This document shows, one piece after another, positions 39,543 through 50,048 of a stretch of 64,000 nt of DNA. The first letter of the stretch is position 1. Every line of letters starts with the position of its first letter. The position numbers were made by a program, and so were the translations under genes. Below the pieces are notes generated by a model, which worked only from the letters and a program-made list of their open reading frames with translations, was not told the origin of the DNA and did not search any database. Source of the stretch: a virus; the IMG/VR virus record IMGVR_UViG_3300029286_001586, positions 1 to 64,000 of that record; one strand, written 5' to 3'.

Positions 39543-39884
39543 TTATTTTTGCTCCGTAGGTAGCGCGTGTTTCCACGGGCAGAAGTCAGTAACTGTTTCC
39601 ATGTTAAGGAACATCTGCCCTACCGGTTCTACCTCGTTTAGTTTTCCTTCTTTAATGGCGTTCATAAACCTTCCGCTATCTGCAATCCATGCAGCTTTTT
39701 CAAGTTCCAATACTCTACCAATAACATTCTTTACTTTGCCTGTAAAATGATAGGTTACGGTGCGGAAGTAAAAGCTCTTGCCTATCAAGTCTTCGTAGCT
39801 CCCTATCTCGACTTTTTCATCTTCAAGCAACTGATTTTTAATCTTCTCATAGGTTTCGTCAGATATTTCAAGCGTCTTTACCAT
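39543..39884 (-). CDS. Small beta-barrel (SH3/Sm-like, possibly DUF6948-related) protein
   Basis: IGK...RTVTYHFTG.V...LE.AAWIADSGRF; AAGGAG SD. Confidence 0.6.
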   Translation of the reverse strand: MVKTLEISDETYEKIKNQLLEDEKVEIGSYEDLIGKSFYFRTVTYHFTGKVKNVIGRVLELEKAAWIADSGRFMNAIKEGKLNEVEPVGQMFLNMETVTDFCPWKHALPTEQK

Positions 39885-39902
39885 TGTTTTCTCCTTGTTT
39901 TT

Positions 39903-40070
<168 letters not shown>

Positions 40071-40278
40071 ATTGCTTGACCTCCTTTTGCAGTTCTGTCA
40101 TTTGGTTCGCTTCTTTCCTAATTCAAAAATCGCTTGCTCGTATTCGGTGTGCATCAAAATAAGATACTCGTCTAATCCTCTTGCAATAATTTCCATATCT
40201 GGAACGGTATTGTTTTTATCTGCTTCTGTCTGCTCTATTTCCTGCAATATCCACCACAACTCACTCCAACTCAGCTCG

Positions 40279-40539
40279 TTAGGGTTTGTCATTGAGGGAG
40301 TCCTCCCCATAAGTGGCTTCAAAGATGTCTGGTTTGCAGGGGTAAAGTTCACCCTTAACCCCACGAATAATATAATCATCGAGATTAGCAGTATGATTTC
40401 CTTCGAGCGTATAAATAGTCAGGGTCAGGTCTTGATTTAGACAGAATCCGTTACCAAGTTCGGAAATCTCTTGAACATTATCTCCTATCCACTGAACAGC
40501 GTCGATAACAACAGGCAATTTTCTAAATTTGCTCATCAA
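40279..40539 (-). CDS. Conserved phage protein (TLEG/PCKPDIF family)
   Basis: FRKLPVVIDAVQW...TLEG...GELYPCKPDIF. Confidence 0.8.
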   Translation of the reverse strand: MMSKFRKLPVVIDAVQWIGDNVQEISELGNGFCLNQDLTLTIYTLEGNHTANLDDYIIRGVKGELYPCKPDIFEATYGEDSLNDKP

Positions 40540-42513
40540 ACCCCCTCCTTTAGTAGCGACGGATTTTCGTGGGCATAAACTACTTGTAAATCTGACCCGA
40601 CAAGCCCTCTGTAATAATCCATTTTTTCAGGTGTGTATCGCCGTAGCGTTGTGAAAAGATTGTCGGCAGATATCCCCGTTCCTTCTTTCGGCTTCTTAAA
40701 CACCAACATTAAATATTTGCCCTTCGGGGGAAGGATAAATTTTCCTCCGTCCGTATCGTAGTCAAGGAACGCCCTTGAACACTCCGACAATTCAACGGGA
40801 ATAACATCGAGAAGCGTTGCTGTGTCAATCATGTCGTTATGCTCGTCCAAGAGCTTTTGATACAGGTGCGAAAACTTTATCTCTCTCATCTTCAGTCCTC
40901 CTTTACTTCAACGAGCTTAAATTTGCGACATTCGCCTTTTTTGAGACGAATTTGGTCTGAGGTTATCTCTGTCCAATTTCCGCTCCTATTGAACCATCTA
41001 CCCTCACCATCCATATAAGGTTTCTGACTAAAGAATATAAATGTTCTATCCTCAAACTCGTTCGCTTTATCCCTCGCCACCCATACAAACACGTCTTTCT
41101 TAGCCATTAGCGGATTCCTTTCAGGAGCGGTTTCAATGCCAGATACAAATCCTTGACGAACTGCTGAAATTCTTTGTGGTCGAAGCTGAATAGATAGTCT
41201 CCGTTTCCTGGCTTGGAATACAAGTGATACCGCATTTCTCTTTCTGCTAAAATCGTCTCGCAGACCTCATGAAGTAGCACTTCCCAGATGCCTTCTTTGG
41301 TTATAGGGGGCTTTGTCCCCAGAACAATAGTCTGGTCAAGGTTACGGAACCATCCTCCCGTGAGTTTATCGTCAAACTTTATTTTGTAGGTCTTGCCAGA
41401 AATAATAAGCGTGTCTTTAATTTTCTTATTCATTCCCGTCCTCCTTCACTTCTCCAAGCAATGCGGTGCGGAGGGCTTTATATTCGCCTACCACATTGTA
41501 AAAAGTCGCTTCGATTTCCGTAAAAAACCCATAACGCCAAACCATTGCCTTATCAAACGCTTCCTCACGGGTGATGTAGTCTGATAACGCTACTTTTGCA
41601 AGGGCAAGTTTATCTCGTTCTCTCTCCCTATCAATCACCTTCTCGATGGCTGTGAGGGCAGATGATTTCCTGTTGGACAACTTAGAATCTTCCGGAAAGT
41701 GCATTGATATAATTTCGTCAAGCCTACCCCTCACGCTGTTAGTCATGGGTGCGGGTTCCTTTCTTTACTAAAAACCTTTCACGGTCAAAACCTCCCTTGC
41801 CTAGTTGTTTGGCGGTTTCTATCTGTTCCTTGTAAAAAGAATACTGACCCCTACTTCTTCTAAGTGCTATCTCGGCTTCTTGCACTCTAATCATTTCCCT
41901 ATCAATGGTTGCTTTCATGTTTTCTATGCAACCTTCATGCCACTTTATGTTCATTACACTCATTTCCCTATTCTCCTTTGCCGATTAGATTGATGAGGGC
42001 GTCTGCTTGTTTCCTCCACCATTCCTTGCAGTCTGGGTGAAGTTCACATACTTCTTCCCATGAAGCGTGGTCTTCATCACTATCACGCTTAAACAGCCAT
42101 TTCGCCACTCGCTCCCTCAACCCTCCATCCGCTTTTAAGATATCGGATAGGGTGAGGGTTTCGCTTTCTTTGAACACCCCTTCGTCGCCAGTAATCCACA
42201 GGTCTTGATTTCCGCTATTTAACACACTTTCCTTTGGTAGAAACTCAACCTCTATATACCGCTTTGTCATTATGATACCTCCTTAATTTGATTCATGATA
42301 TGTTTCCTCTTTATATAAATAACCACAACTAGGACAGTAAAAATTTGTATCGTATTCACTGTTTATTTCTGAACCTGTTCTTATATGACTATTACAATAG
42401 ATACATTTTCTTTCTTCATAATAAGTCTCTTGATTGTCTTTTGGGCTTTGGTCGCAAGCATCTCTGTACTCATCATATCTCCAATCGAACATCATCTGTT
42501 CTTCATTTGTCAT
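40536..42513 (-). CDS. Run of short coupled accessory hypothetical genes (40536-40889, 40892-41107, 41107-41433 HExxE peptidase-like, 41426-41746, 41739-41963, 41968-42270, 42283-42513)
   Basis: Overlapping starts/stops and GGAG SDs; mostly higher GC. Confidence 0.65.
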
Positions 42514-42890
42514 AAATTATTTCTCCCCATTTGTGTGACGAATCAATTTCCTTACTTTGGTTTCCAGAATTGGTCATGGCTCTACACCATAGTTCTTTCG
42601 GCAAATGAACATCGGTTCTAAAATTAGAACTTATCGTGGGCATTACCAGTTTATCATTGGATTTTTTGCCCCATAGTTCTTGTATTTGGGCTTCATTTAG
42701 ATTTCTATATTGCGACACTTTGTAATCAAAAAATATGCAGTCTTTAGTGAGTTCTCTATTGATTAATTGAAAGCGATATATCTTAGGGATTTGAAATTTA
42801 GTTCCCAGACCTTTTTCGTACTTGATTTCTTTCGTATAATAGAGGTCGAATTTGGAACTGGTATAAATGCGTGTGTATCTCATATAACAT

Positions 42891-42920
42891 ATTATACCAT
42901 TTGTGAGGTTAAAAGTTGAC
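42891..42920 (-). promoter_or_regulatory. Conserved phage promoter, copy 2
   Basis: GTCAACTT-N13-TGGTATAAT; ATG 7 nt downstream. Confidence 0.7.
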
Positions 42921-43314
42921 CTATTTTTCTTGTAATTTAAGCGTGAGCGTATCGGGGCAAATATATAGAGTGTATTGATTAAATGGCACATAAATACCGT
43001 GTCTATTCGTCCATATATACCATAAAAATTTAAGTGTGTTGAACAATGGTTTCATTTCTGCGTTTTCTTTGCTATTTCTTTTTCTACGGGACTTGTTTTA
43101 CTGGTCCTGAATTTTGTCTTTATTATTTCGAGTGATTTATGATTACAAATAGGGCATTTTATATCACCAATTCCCGTGACCTTTTCTATTTTAAAAGACT
43201 CAAAATATCTGTGGCATTTCTTGCAATTCACCTGGGCAACGATAGCTTTCTTCATATAATCCACTTTCTCATATAGTTTTTTCAGTTCTCTATATTTTTT
43301 AAGTAATCTAATTT

Positions 43315-44025
43315 TCATACGGAATACTGCGATTCCCAGCACGTTTCTTCATATGGACAGAAATTACAATCCATGCTACCCTTCTTGCACTCCCTTTTAG
43401 GAAGTTTGTTGGTCTTATTACATTTTTCTATATACTTTATTTTGCTTTTTATTTCATTGAATACTTCTTCAGTTAGTTCAAAATGGAACTCATATTGGTC
43501 ATGTGTATTTTTATTTTCATAAATCAGACATCCATTTGGAACACCCTTGATATAACAATAAATAAGAACCTGTTTCATATGACCTTCGTATGGAATATGG
43601 GACTTTCCATAATCACTATCTTTCATGGATTTGATATCGGTAAGATATTTAATTCCATTGACTTCTATTATTTTATCGAGTTCGCCTTTGACATCGAGTT
43701 CTTTATCTGACAAGAATGTATTCTTTTCAATCAGCTTAAAGCCGTTGAATGTTCCTGGTTTTTTCTTTTCCCAAGCATCCATTGCGTCAAACCAATCATC
43801 ATACATGCCTTCAATAGCATGACCAGTTTTAAACTTGCGCTCATCTATTGCAGTGGGAAATTTATTTGGCAAATACTGTTGCATAGCAAATGCAATCCTG
43901 CGAGAACAATATCCGATAGAAGACGGATGAAATCCTTTACTTCGCTTATGTTCGGGTTTAGTAATTAAGTATTGGTCAATTAAACTCGTTATGATAGGGT
44001 CTTTTCTTACTTTTATGGCTGACAT
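43315..44025 (-). CDS. Cas4-like PD-(D/E)XK exonuclease with Fe-S cysteines
   Basis: HPSSIGYC, GELD, DIKS, QxxxY, CxxCPY...C. Confidence 0.8.
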   Translation of the reverse strand: MSAIKVRKDPIITSLIDQYLITKPEHKRSKGFHPSSIGYCSRRIAFAMQQYLPNKFPTAIDERKFKTGHAIEGMYDDWFDAMDAWEKKKPGTFNGFKLIEKNTFLSDKELDVKGELDKIIEVNGIKYLTDIKSMKDSDYGKSHIPYEGHMKQVLIYCYIKGVPNGCLIYENKNTHDQYEFHFELTEEVFNEIKSKIKYIEKCNKTNKLPKRECKKGSMDCNFCPYEETCWESQYSV

Positions 44026-44565
44026 TCGTTGTTTTTATTCTCCAGTTCTGTTATTTTCTTTTTAAGTGTCTTGATTATCATGGTCTTGCCTTTTATGTTT
44101 CCTTTTCTCTTTTCTTCCTTTTCAAAAAGAGTAGTAAGTCTTTTTATCTCGTCGAGTGTTGAAATTGATGTCTGTTGTTTCAGGAATGGATATTTCTTTG
44201 ACAGCCATATTGTAAACGGGGCTTCAAAAGGCGAAGCCAAAACAACAGCAACCCAAACAGCCAACACTTCTAATGGTATAATTATAGCATACTTTATCAT
44301 TTCTACAACAACTTCGGGTAATGTAATTAGCATTAATGTTCCTCAGTTTCCATATCTATTTGTACTTGAAGCATGAGTTTTCTGTTTGATTTCAGTATAC
44401 ATTCGTCCATTTCTTCATTAGATACATTATTTAAATAGTCCAAAGAAAAGACTGTAATATATTTTAAATCATTACTATAAGAAATAACATGTTTATAAAG
44501 TCCTGATTTTGGGATATCTTCAGTCAATCCATATTTTTCTATTAGTTTCTGTGCGTGTTTTGTTA

Positions 44566-44904
44566 TCATATAATGTTATTCTTTATGAAACGATAGCATT
44601 TATCATCCCAAGCCAAATTTTTGTTGTCTGGTATTTTCTTATACTTAATCACAAGCAAAAGCAAAAAGAAATTAAACATGAAAGTTAATACAGCAAGAAC
44701 AATCAATATCCATTTCTGAATAGCAATCGCATAAAAAAGAGCAGCACTTTCACGGACCAAAGACAATACAAAGAACTTCCTGGCAATTACATCGGTTTTT
44801 TTCTTTTTGAATATGGTTTTCATTTGGAACAGATATTTACTCATAGAGATAATATCAGCAGTAAAGTAAACTATTCCAGCAATATATTCAAGGTCGTATA
44901 TCAA
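44566..44904 (-). CDS. PQ-loop/SemiSWEET-like membrane protein
   Basis: Three TM helices; YLFQMKTIFKKKKTDVI resembles PQxxKxxKxKxTxDIS. Confidence 0.45.
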   Translation of the reverse strand: MIYDLEYIAGIVYFTADIISMSKYLFQMKTIFKKKKTDVIARKFFVLSLVRESAALFYAIAIQKWILIVLAVLTFMFNFFLLLLVIKYKKIPDNKNLAWDDKCYRFIKNNII

Positions 44905-45260
44905 TTTATTGCCCTATCTGAATAGTAGTCATATAAAGCATCTGTATATCCTTGTTTGGCTCCTGCGGTATAACCGTCTCTAAACGAAATTCTTCTGACT
45001 TCTTCAATTAAGACAACATTCATATCAGTATATTTATCGTGCCAAATAAGTTTAGCTACCATCCATATATGTTTGAGTTTTTTAATCATTTTTGAGCATT
45101 TTCTTTAGATATTTTATTCTTGTATTAACAAGGTCCAAGTCGCATTTATAGCTAAGTTTTTCGGCTTCGGTTGTCGGTTTATATTTAATTATTCGTTTTT
45201 TCCATTCGGTAGCCCTGACTAAATCTTCCATTATGAATTTTTTGTCAAATTTTAATACTT

Positions 45261-46109
45261 TCATTTCTTTTTCTTTTCTTTCTTTGGTTCTTCTTTTGTA
45301 GTAGTAAGTCCTTCGCTGAAATTAAGTATTATCTCTGCTTTTTTAAATGGGGGAAATGTTTTATTCTTCTTGGTTTCGAGTTTAGTCTTTTGTCCTGTAA
45401 CAATATCTTTACCTGATTTGGTATGTTTTTCTTTTCCCAGATAAGTAACTTCAAGTCGAATCGAAGAATAAAATTTTAAAGCGTTTCCCCCTGGGGTAAC
45501 TGAAGTTGGACCGAACATAACACCTACTTTTTGTCTCAACTGATTTATAAATATAACTATTGTTCCTGTTTTGGATGTTATAGCAACCAGTTTTCTCAAT
45601 GCTTGCCCCATCATGCGGGCTTGTCTTCCTATGTGTTGGGATTCCATTTCTCCTTCTATTTCGGCTTTAGGAGTTAAAGCAGCGACACTATCTACAATAA
45701 CGACACTAACGTCCCCGCTTCTTATAAATTCCTCAACTATATCCAAAGTTTGTTCTCCGTAATCGGGCTGAGCAATTAGCATTTCATCTAGATTAATACC
45801 AACAACTTTTTTGGCGAAATCTGGATTAAGGCTGTGTTCTGCGTCCGCAAACAAAACTTTTTTGTTTTTAAAATATTTCTGAGCAGCTTTGGCAATATAG
45901 AGCGATATTGTAGTTTTTCCTCCACCAGCAACTCCATATATTTCTATTATTCTTCCAAATGGAATTCCGCCACCCAGAATTTCATCGAGTTCAGGAATAT
46001 CTGTTTTGAGTCTTCCCATTTCAAGAGGTTTATCAGAGAGTTTCATCACACTACCAACGCCGTATTTTTTATTTACGTTGCTCCAGGCTTGATTTAATCC
46101 TTCACTCAT
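45261..46109 (-). CDS. recA: RecA recombinase
   Basis: GRIIEIYG..GGGKTT, DAEH, QPDYGEQ, VDSVAAL, GRQARMM, GGNALKFYSS. Confidence 0.95.
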   Translation of the reverse strand: MSEGLNQAWSNVNKKYGVGSVMKLSDKPLEMGRLKTDIPELDEILGGGIPFGRIIEIYGVAGGGKTTISLYIAKAAQKYFKNKKVLFADAEHSLNPDFAKKVVGINLDEMLIAQPDYGEQTLDIVEEFIRSGDVSVVIVDSVAALTPKAEIEGEMESQHIGRQARMMGQALRKLVAITSKTGTIVIFINQLRQKVGVMFGPTSVTPGGNALKFYSSIRLEVTYLGKEKHTKSGKDIVTGQKTKLETKKNKTFPPFKKAEIILNFSEGLTTTKEEPKKEKKKK

Positions 46110-46793
46110 TTTAACACCTCATGATTATATTTTGATTCTAATTCGTTGTCTTTCCATTGTTCTATTCTTATAATAGGAGAAAGCATTTTTTCTAGTTGTT
46201 TTTCTGCGCTTTCTAAATCTATCTTTAAGCATGTTATGCGTAATTTTAGTTTCTCTGCTTGTTCTCTTTTCATGCGCTGTACTTCATTAATCAAAGTGTC
46301 TAAATTTTTAGAGCATGTTTTGGAATCTATTTGCCCCAAAACTGTGGTATAATAACTACCATTATTCATATCATAATCATCCCCGTAGGGTTCACTTTTG
46401 AATACCGCCAAATCGTATAGTTTTATTTCTGGAGTGTATTCCAAAATTCTATGATGTAATACTCGTTGTTCAATTTTCATTTTTGTTTCCCTTCAACTCC
46501 ATCATATGTTCTATTGATATCTGAAGGATTCCATAATTCGGACATATAGGATTATCACAAACCGACGCAATAGCTAAACTAGCAAGTTTATTTCCTGCAT
46601 AAATTGTCATTTGTTCTTTACATTGATTACATGTATTGCTCATTATATTACCTCAACTTTCTCTAAATCTATTTCAAATTTTTTAAGTAGGTCCTGGGCT
46701 TCCCTACTATCCTTTTTCATATAAGCATAGTAATAGTTCTTCCCTCTTTGATAGCAAGCAATAAGTTCTTCTTTGGTCTTATCATATTCGAGT

Positions 46794-47186
46794 TTATATA
46801 TCTTCATTTATAATACAACCCCATTTCTTTTCTTCTAATTTATTAAATATAATCATTAAATCATCAAATGGAATCGCAGCCCATTTTTCGTTGTTGCTAT
46901 CGAATGAAATAATCCTGCCTTTATTCGGAACCACGGACCTTGCTTGTGTATTGATTTTCTTAATCCATTTATGGAGTAAAAGAACTTTATACCCATGCTT
47001 GTTTTCAATTATAAAATTATCTAACTCAAAATCTCCGTCATTATTAACCGCACCAGAATTAAGTGTTGGTTTAAGTTTGTATTTCTTTGCCAAAGATTTT
47101 TCTTCCTTGCGCCCCTTGTTTGGGAGATTAGAATTGAGTTGTTGTGATTTACTAATGTATTTCATTTTACTGCTGTTGTTGTCCAA
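46794..47186 (-). CDS. PD-(D/E)XK nuclease, Holliday junction resolvase-like
   Basis: G..EEK..AK, SGA...DGD, IENK. Confidence 0.6.
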   Translation of the reverse strand: MDNNSSKMKYISKSQQLNSNLPNKGRKEEKSLAKKYKLKPTLNSGAVNNDGDFELDNFIIENKHGYKVLLLHKWIKKINTQARSVVPNKGRIISFDSNNEKWAAIPFDDLMIIFNKLEEKKWGCIINEDI

Positions 47187-47612
47187 TCTTCTATTGTTGC
47201 GTAGTTGAGCTTTTTGAGTATAAGTGCTAACAACCTAGCTTTAACGCTGTAATCAGTAGTAGTTGAACCATCATATTCAACGATTTCAACACAGTTTTCA
47301 CATAGTTTTATTTTCATTTTGTAAATCCACATCCTTTCTTACAACACAATTTTCCGTTATCTTTTCCGTAATACTTTTTCAATCTAAAAAATCCATGGTC
47401 ATGCTTACAACAAAATTCACATATCTTGCTATGATTATGGTCGTATTGATACCAACCAGTTCCATTACATTTAGGACAAAAATTAACTTCTGAACCATGC
47501 ACAAAAAATCTCTTTTTATCGCAACGATAACAGAACATCACTATAATATGTTCTTCTTTGGGATAACTAAAATACCAATCACAAGAAAATAATCTGCATA
47601 TTATACGATTTA

Positions 47613-47912
47613 TTAGTCCTTTAATCTTTTCCATATATTTCCCTTCTTAACGACCTTACCATTATGTACATCTTTCCAGAATTGTGGTGTAGGAAGTTCT
47701 TCGCTATAATTAGCATCTTTAAGAACTTGTGTTTGTTTTTTTGTCATGCCTGGGTTCATAAGATTGTCAATGTATTCGGGAACAGAAAAAATCCTACCAG
47801 CTTCACTGCCACATACAGGACAAATAGCTGTACTTAAATTCTCAGAAGTCATGGGTCTTTCTTCGTCAAAATATATATCACACATCTTACAACCAAACTC
47901 ATATGTAACCAT
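47613..47912 (-). CDS. FmdB-like zinc-ribbon protein
   Basis: YEFGCxxC...CPVCG...RIFS. Confidence 0.7.
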   Translation of the reverse strand: MVTYEFGCKMCDIYFDEERPMTSENLSTAICPVCGSEAGRIFSVPEYIDNLMNPGMTKKQTQVLKDANYSEELPTPQFWKDVHNGKVVKKGNIWKRLKD

Positions 47913-48325
47913 TATTCAATGATTTCCTTTGTTTTCTTTTGGTCATTATAAGTTTGTAAGCGGGTTTCGTGGGTTCTTATATCATCAAGTATGCTAGGCA
48001 GAAACTCAGTAAAAATTTTTCTGAATGTTCTGAGGTCAGTTATTACCAAACTGTCTTCATATGTTTGCCCTGGAAGCCCGAATACAATCAGCCCTGGTTT
48101 TTTAGAAAGCTCGGCTTCGTAAAGCAGTTTTGGCAGTATGTCTTCAATAATTGCATTGAGTGATGGCGGTGATTTCCATTTTTTCATTTCTAAACAGAAA
48201 GGGCTGCCAATAGCATCTCCATATCCCCCGCCCTGAGATATGCCCGATAATGGTCTGCGTCTTATTCCCCACAAAAGCAAGGAAATTTTTCGCTCAAAAT
48301 TCTTCCAACAGGACGAACTAACCAT
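47912..48325 (-). CDS. Second PD-(D/E)XK resolvase-like nuclease
   Basis: WKNFERK, R.PLSG, GD....LEMK. Confidence 0.6.
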   Translation of the reverse strand: MVSSSCWKNFERKISLLLWGIRRRPLSGISQGGGYGDAIGSPFCLEMKKWKSPPSLNAIIEDILPKLLYEAELSKKPGLIVFGLPGQTYEDSLVITDLRTFRKIFTEFLPSILDDIRTHETRLQTYNDQKKTKEIIE

Positions 48326-49088
48326 TGTATTTCCTCATTTTTTCAATTTGGTAATGACTTACCAAACTTGCAACAAACACCCCTGGTAATAGGCAAAAAC
48401 TTACGAACAATATCACAAACAAAATATCTGTTATCATTTATTCCTCTGTTCTTTTGGTTTTATCTTTAGTAAATATCCCCTTCAAATCGGTATAGATATT
48501 ACTAATAACTTGATTGAGTCTATCTATTTCACTAACAAGTTCATTAGTGCAGTTCTCGCAGCAAACATAATCAAGAACCTCCCCCTGACATCTCATACAC
48601 TTTACTTCTTTAATTTCTTTCATAGAAGCGGGTTTCCTTCCTTATCGGCTTTTTCAATCAATTTAGTTATTTCGGAGAAAGTATCTTCGTCACCAATCCA
48701 CGGACCGAGAGGATTTCCGTCTTCATCTAATCTACAATCTGGATTAAGTTGAATTTCGAATTCTTTATCTTCGGTAGTAACAGCAACAACATTATACCGT
48801 CTTTGTTCACACCATTCAATAAACGCTTCAAGGTCGTGAGTAAATGATTTAATCTTTCTTCTTAGTCCTTCTTCAAGGTCAGAACAATTAATTCTTATGA
48901 TACTAAGTTCATATTTTAGGTCGGTCAAATCCAGAGCATGATACCTTCCAAACAAACAAGCATGATTAACTTTATAGTCATTCAAATCTGTCAACAACCA
49001 ATTCGGTATTTCAATTGTTTTAATCGGTGTCTGTGTAGAATCCGTCATTGCGTTCCAAACTAATTTCATTTTCTTGCCCTCCATATAT

Positions 49089-49118
49089 ATTATACCATTT
49101 ATCTGCACCAAAGTTTAC
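49089..49118 (-). promoter_or_regulatory. Conserved phage promoter, copy 3
   Basis: GTAAACTT-N13-TGGTATAAT. Confidence 0.7.
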
Positions 49119-49567
49119 CTCAATTTTTCATGTTTAAGCATATAGACTGTTGCTCGTTTAAGTCCTCCTATCTTACTGTTCTTTTTAACAAGCAAATCAA
49201 TAATAGCGACATTATTGTAACGACTATTTAAGCGGTCTCGGCATGTCCACACAATAGTGGGACTTATATCAGGAATAATAATTTGCGTACCAAAATCCAT
49301 TTGATTATTTGCAAACCAATATCCAGTGGGAACTCCATTGATAGCCACCCTGCCTCCCGCTCCGAAATCAGGACTGGCATCGGTCTCGGCAGGAACAGCA
49401 TGATAAGTTGTGACCCTGTACTTACCAATGTTGACTTTGATTATTTTGTCATAATTAAATGCAGTAACTTTTACTATCGTTGTTCCTATAATAATTCCTA
49501 CAATTAATCCCAAAATAAAAGACCCAAACCAAGTACCTAGAAAAAACTGCTTAATTTCTGTTACCAT
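49115..49567 (-). CDS. Membrane-anchored 3D/RlpA-like domain protein
   Basis: N-terminal TM; VTTYHAVPAETDASP, FGT.I, DR, IDL. Confidence 0.65.
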   Translation of the reverse strand: MVTEIKQFFLGTWFGSFILGLIVGIIIGTTIVKVTAFNYDKIIKVNIGKYRVTTYHAVPAETDASPDFGAGGRVAINGVPTGYWFANNQMDFGTQIIIPDISPTIVWTCRDRLNSRYNNVAIIDLLVKKNSKIGGLKRATVYMLKHEKLR

Positions 49568-50048
49568 TATTTATGCTCGAAGGTAAAGCAACGGCAACTC
49601 CTACAAGAATATATAGTCCATTCACTTCGTTTTATTTTATACCAGTCCTCCATTGCGGAATATATACTATCAAATACTTCATACTTATCTGGATATTCGC
49701 AACACGGTTTCTGTGGTTGCTTTAATTTTTCGCTGAAATGAAACTTAACTATCGGTTCTTCTGTTTTAGATATTGTTTTAACTGCTACTTTCTTTTTCAT
49801 TGTAATTTGCCCTTTCTAAATTATTTAGCCATGTTAATTCGTTAGGAAATTTTTTCCTTGTTAGTTGCATTTATTTCCTCTCATCCTATAAATAACACTG
49901 GCTTGTTCTTCTAATTCAACAAGATATTTGCTTTGCTGCTTGTTAAATCCAATGCTCTCAAGAAAATTTCTCCTTTTAACAACAACTTTTTGATGCCTTC
50001 TGTCGCTTTCGATTCTATCAGATTCGTAGCAACTATCATAATGTCCCA

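Noticed and set aside
42503-43055. Possible frameshifted gene across 43055-42503
   Set aside because: Resolves into a 44-aa ORF, promoter copy 2, and a separate gene starting at ATG 42883
43315-44025. CRISPR-Cas system implied by the Cas4-like gene
   Set aside because: Solo Cas4-like nucleases are common in phage recombination modules; no cas1/cas2 or array
44273-44281. Extra TGGTATAAT matches (also near 2320)
   Set aside because: They lack the upstream GKMMACTT element at the conserved spacing and lie within coding sequence
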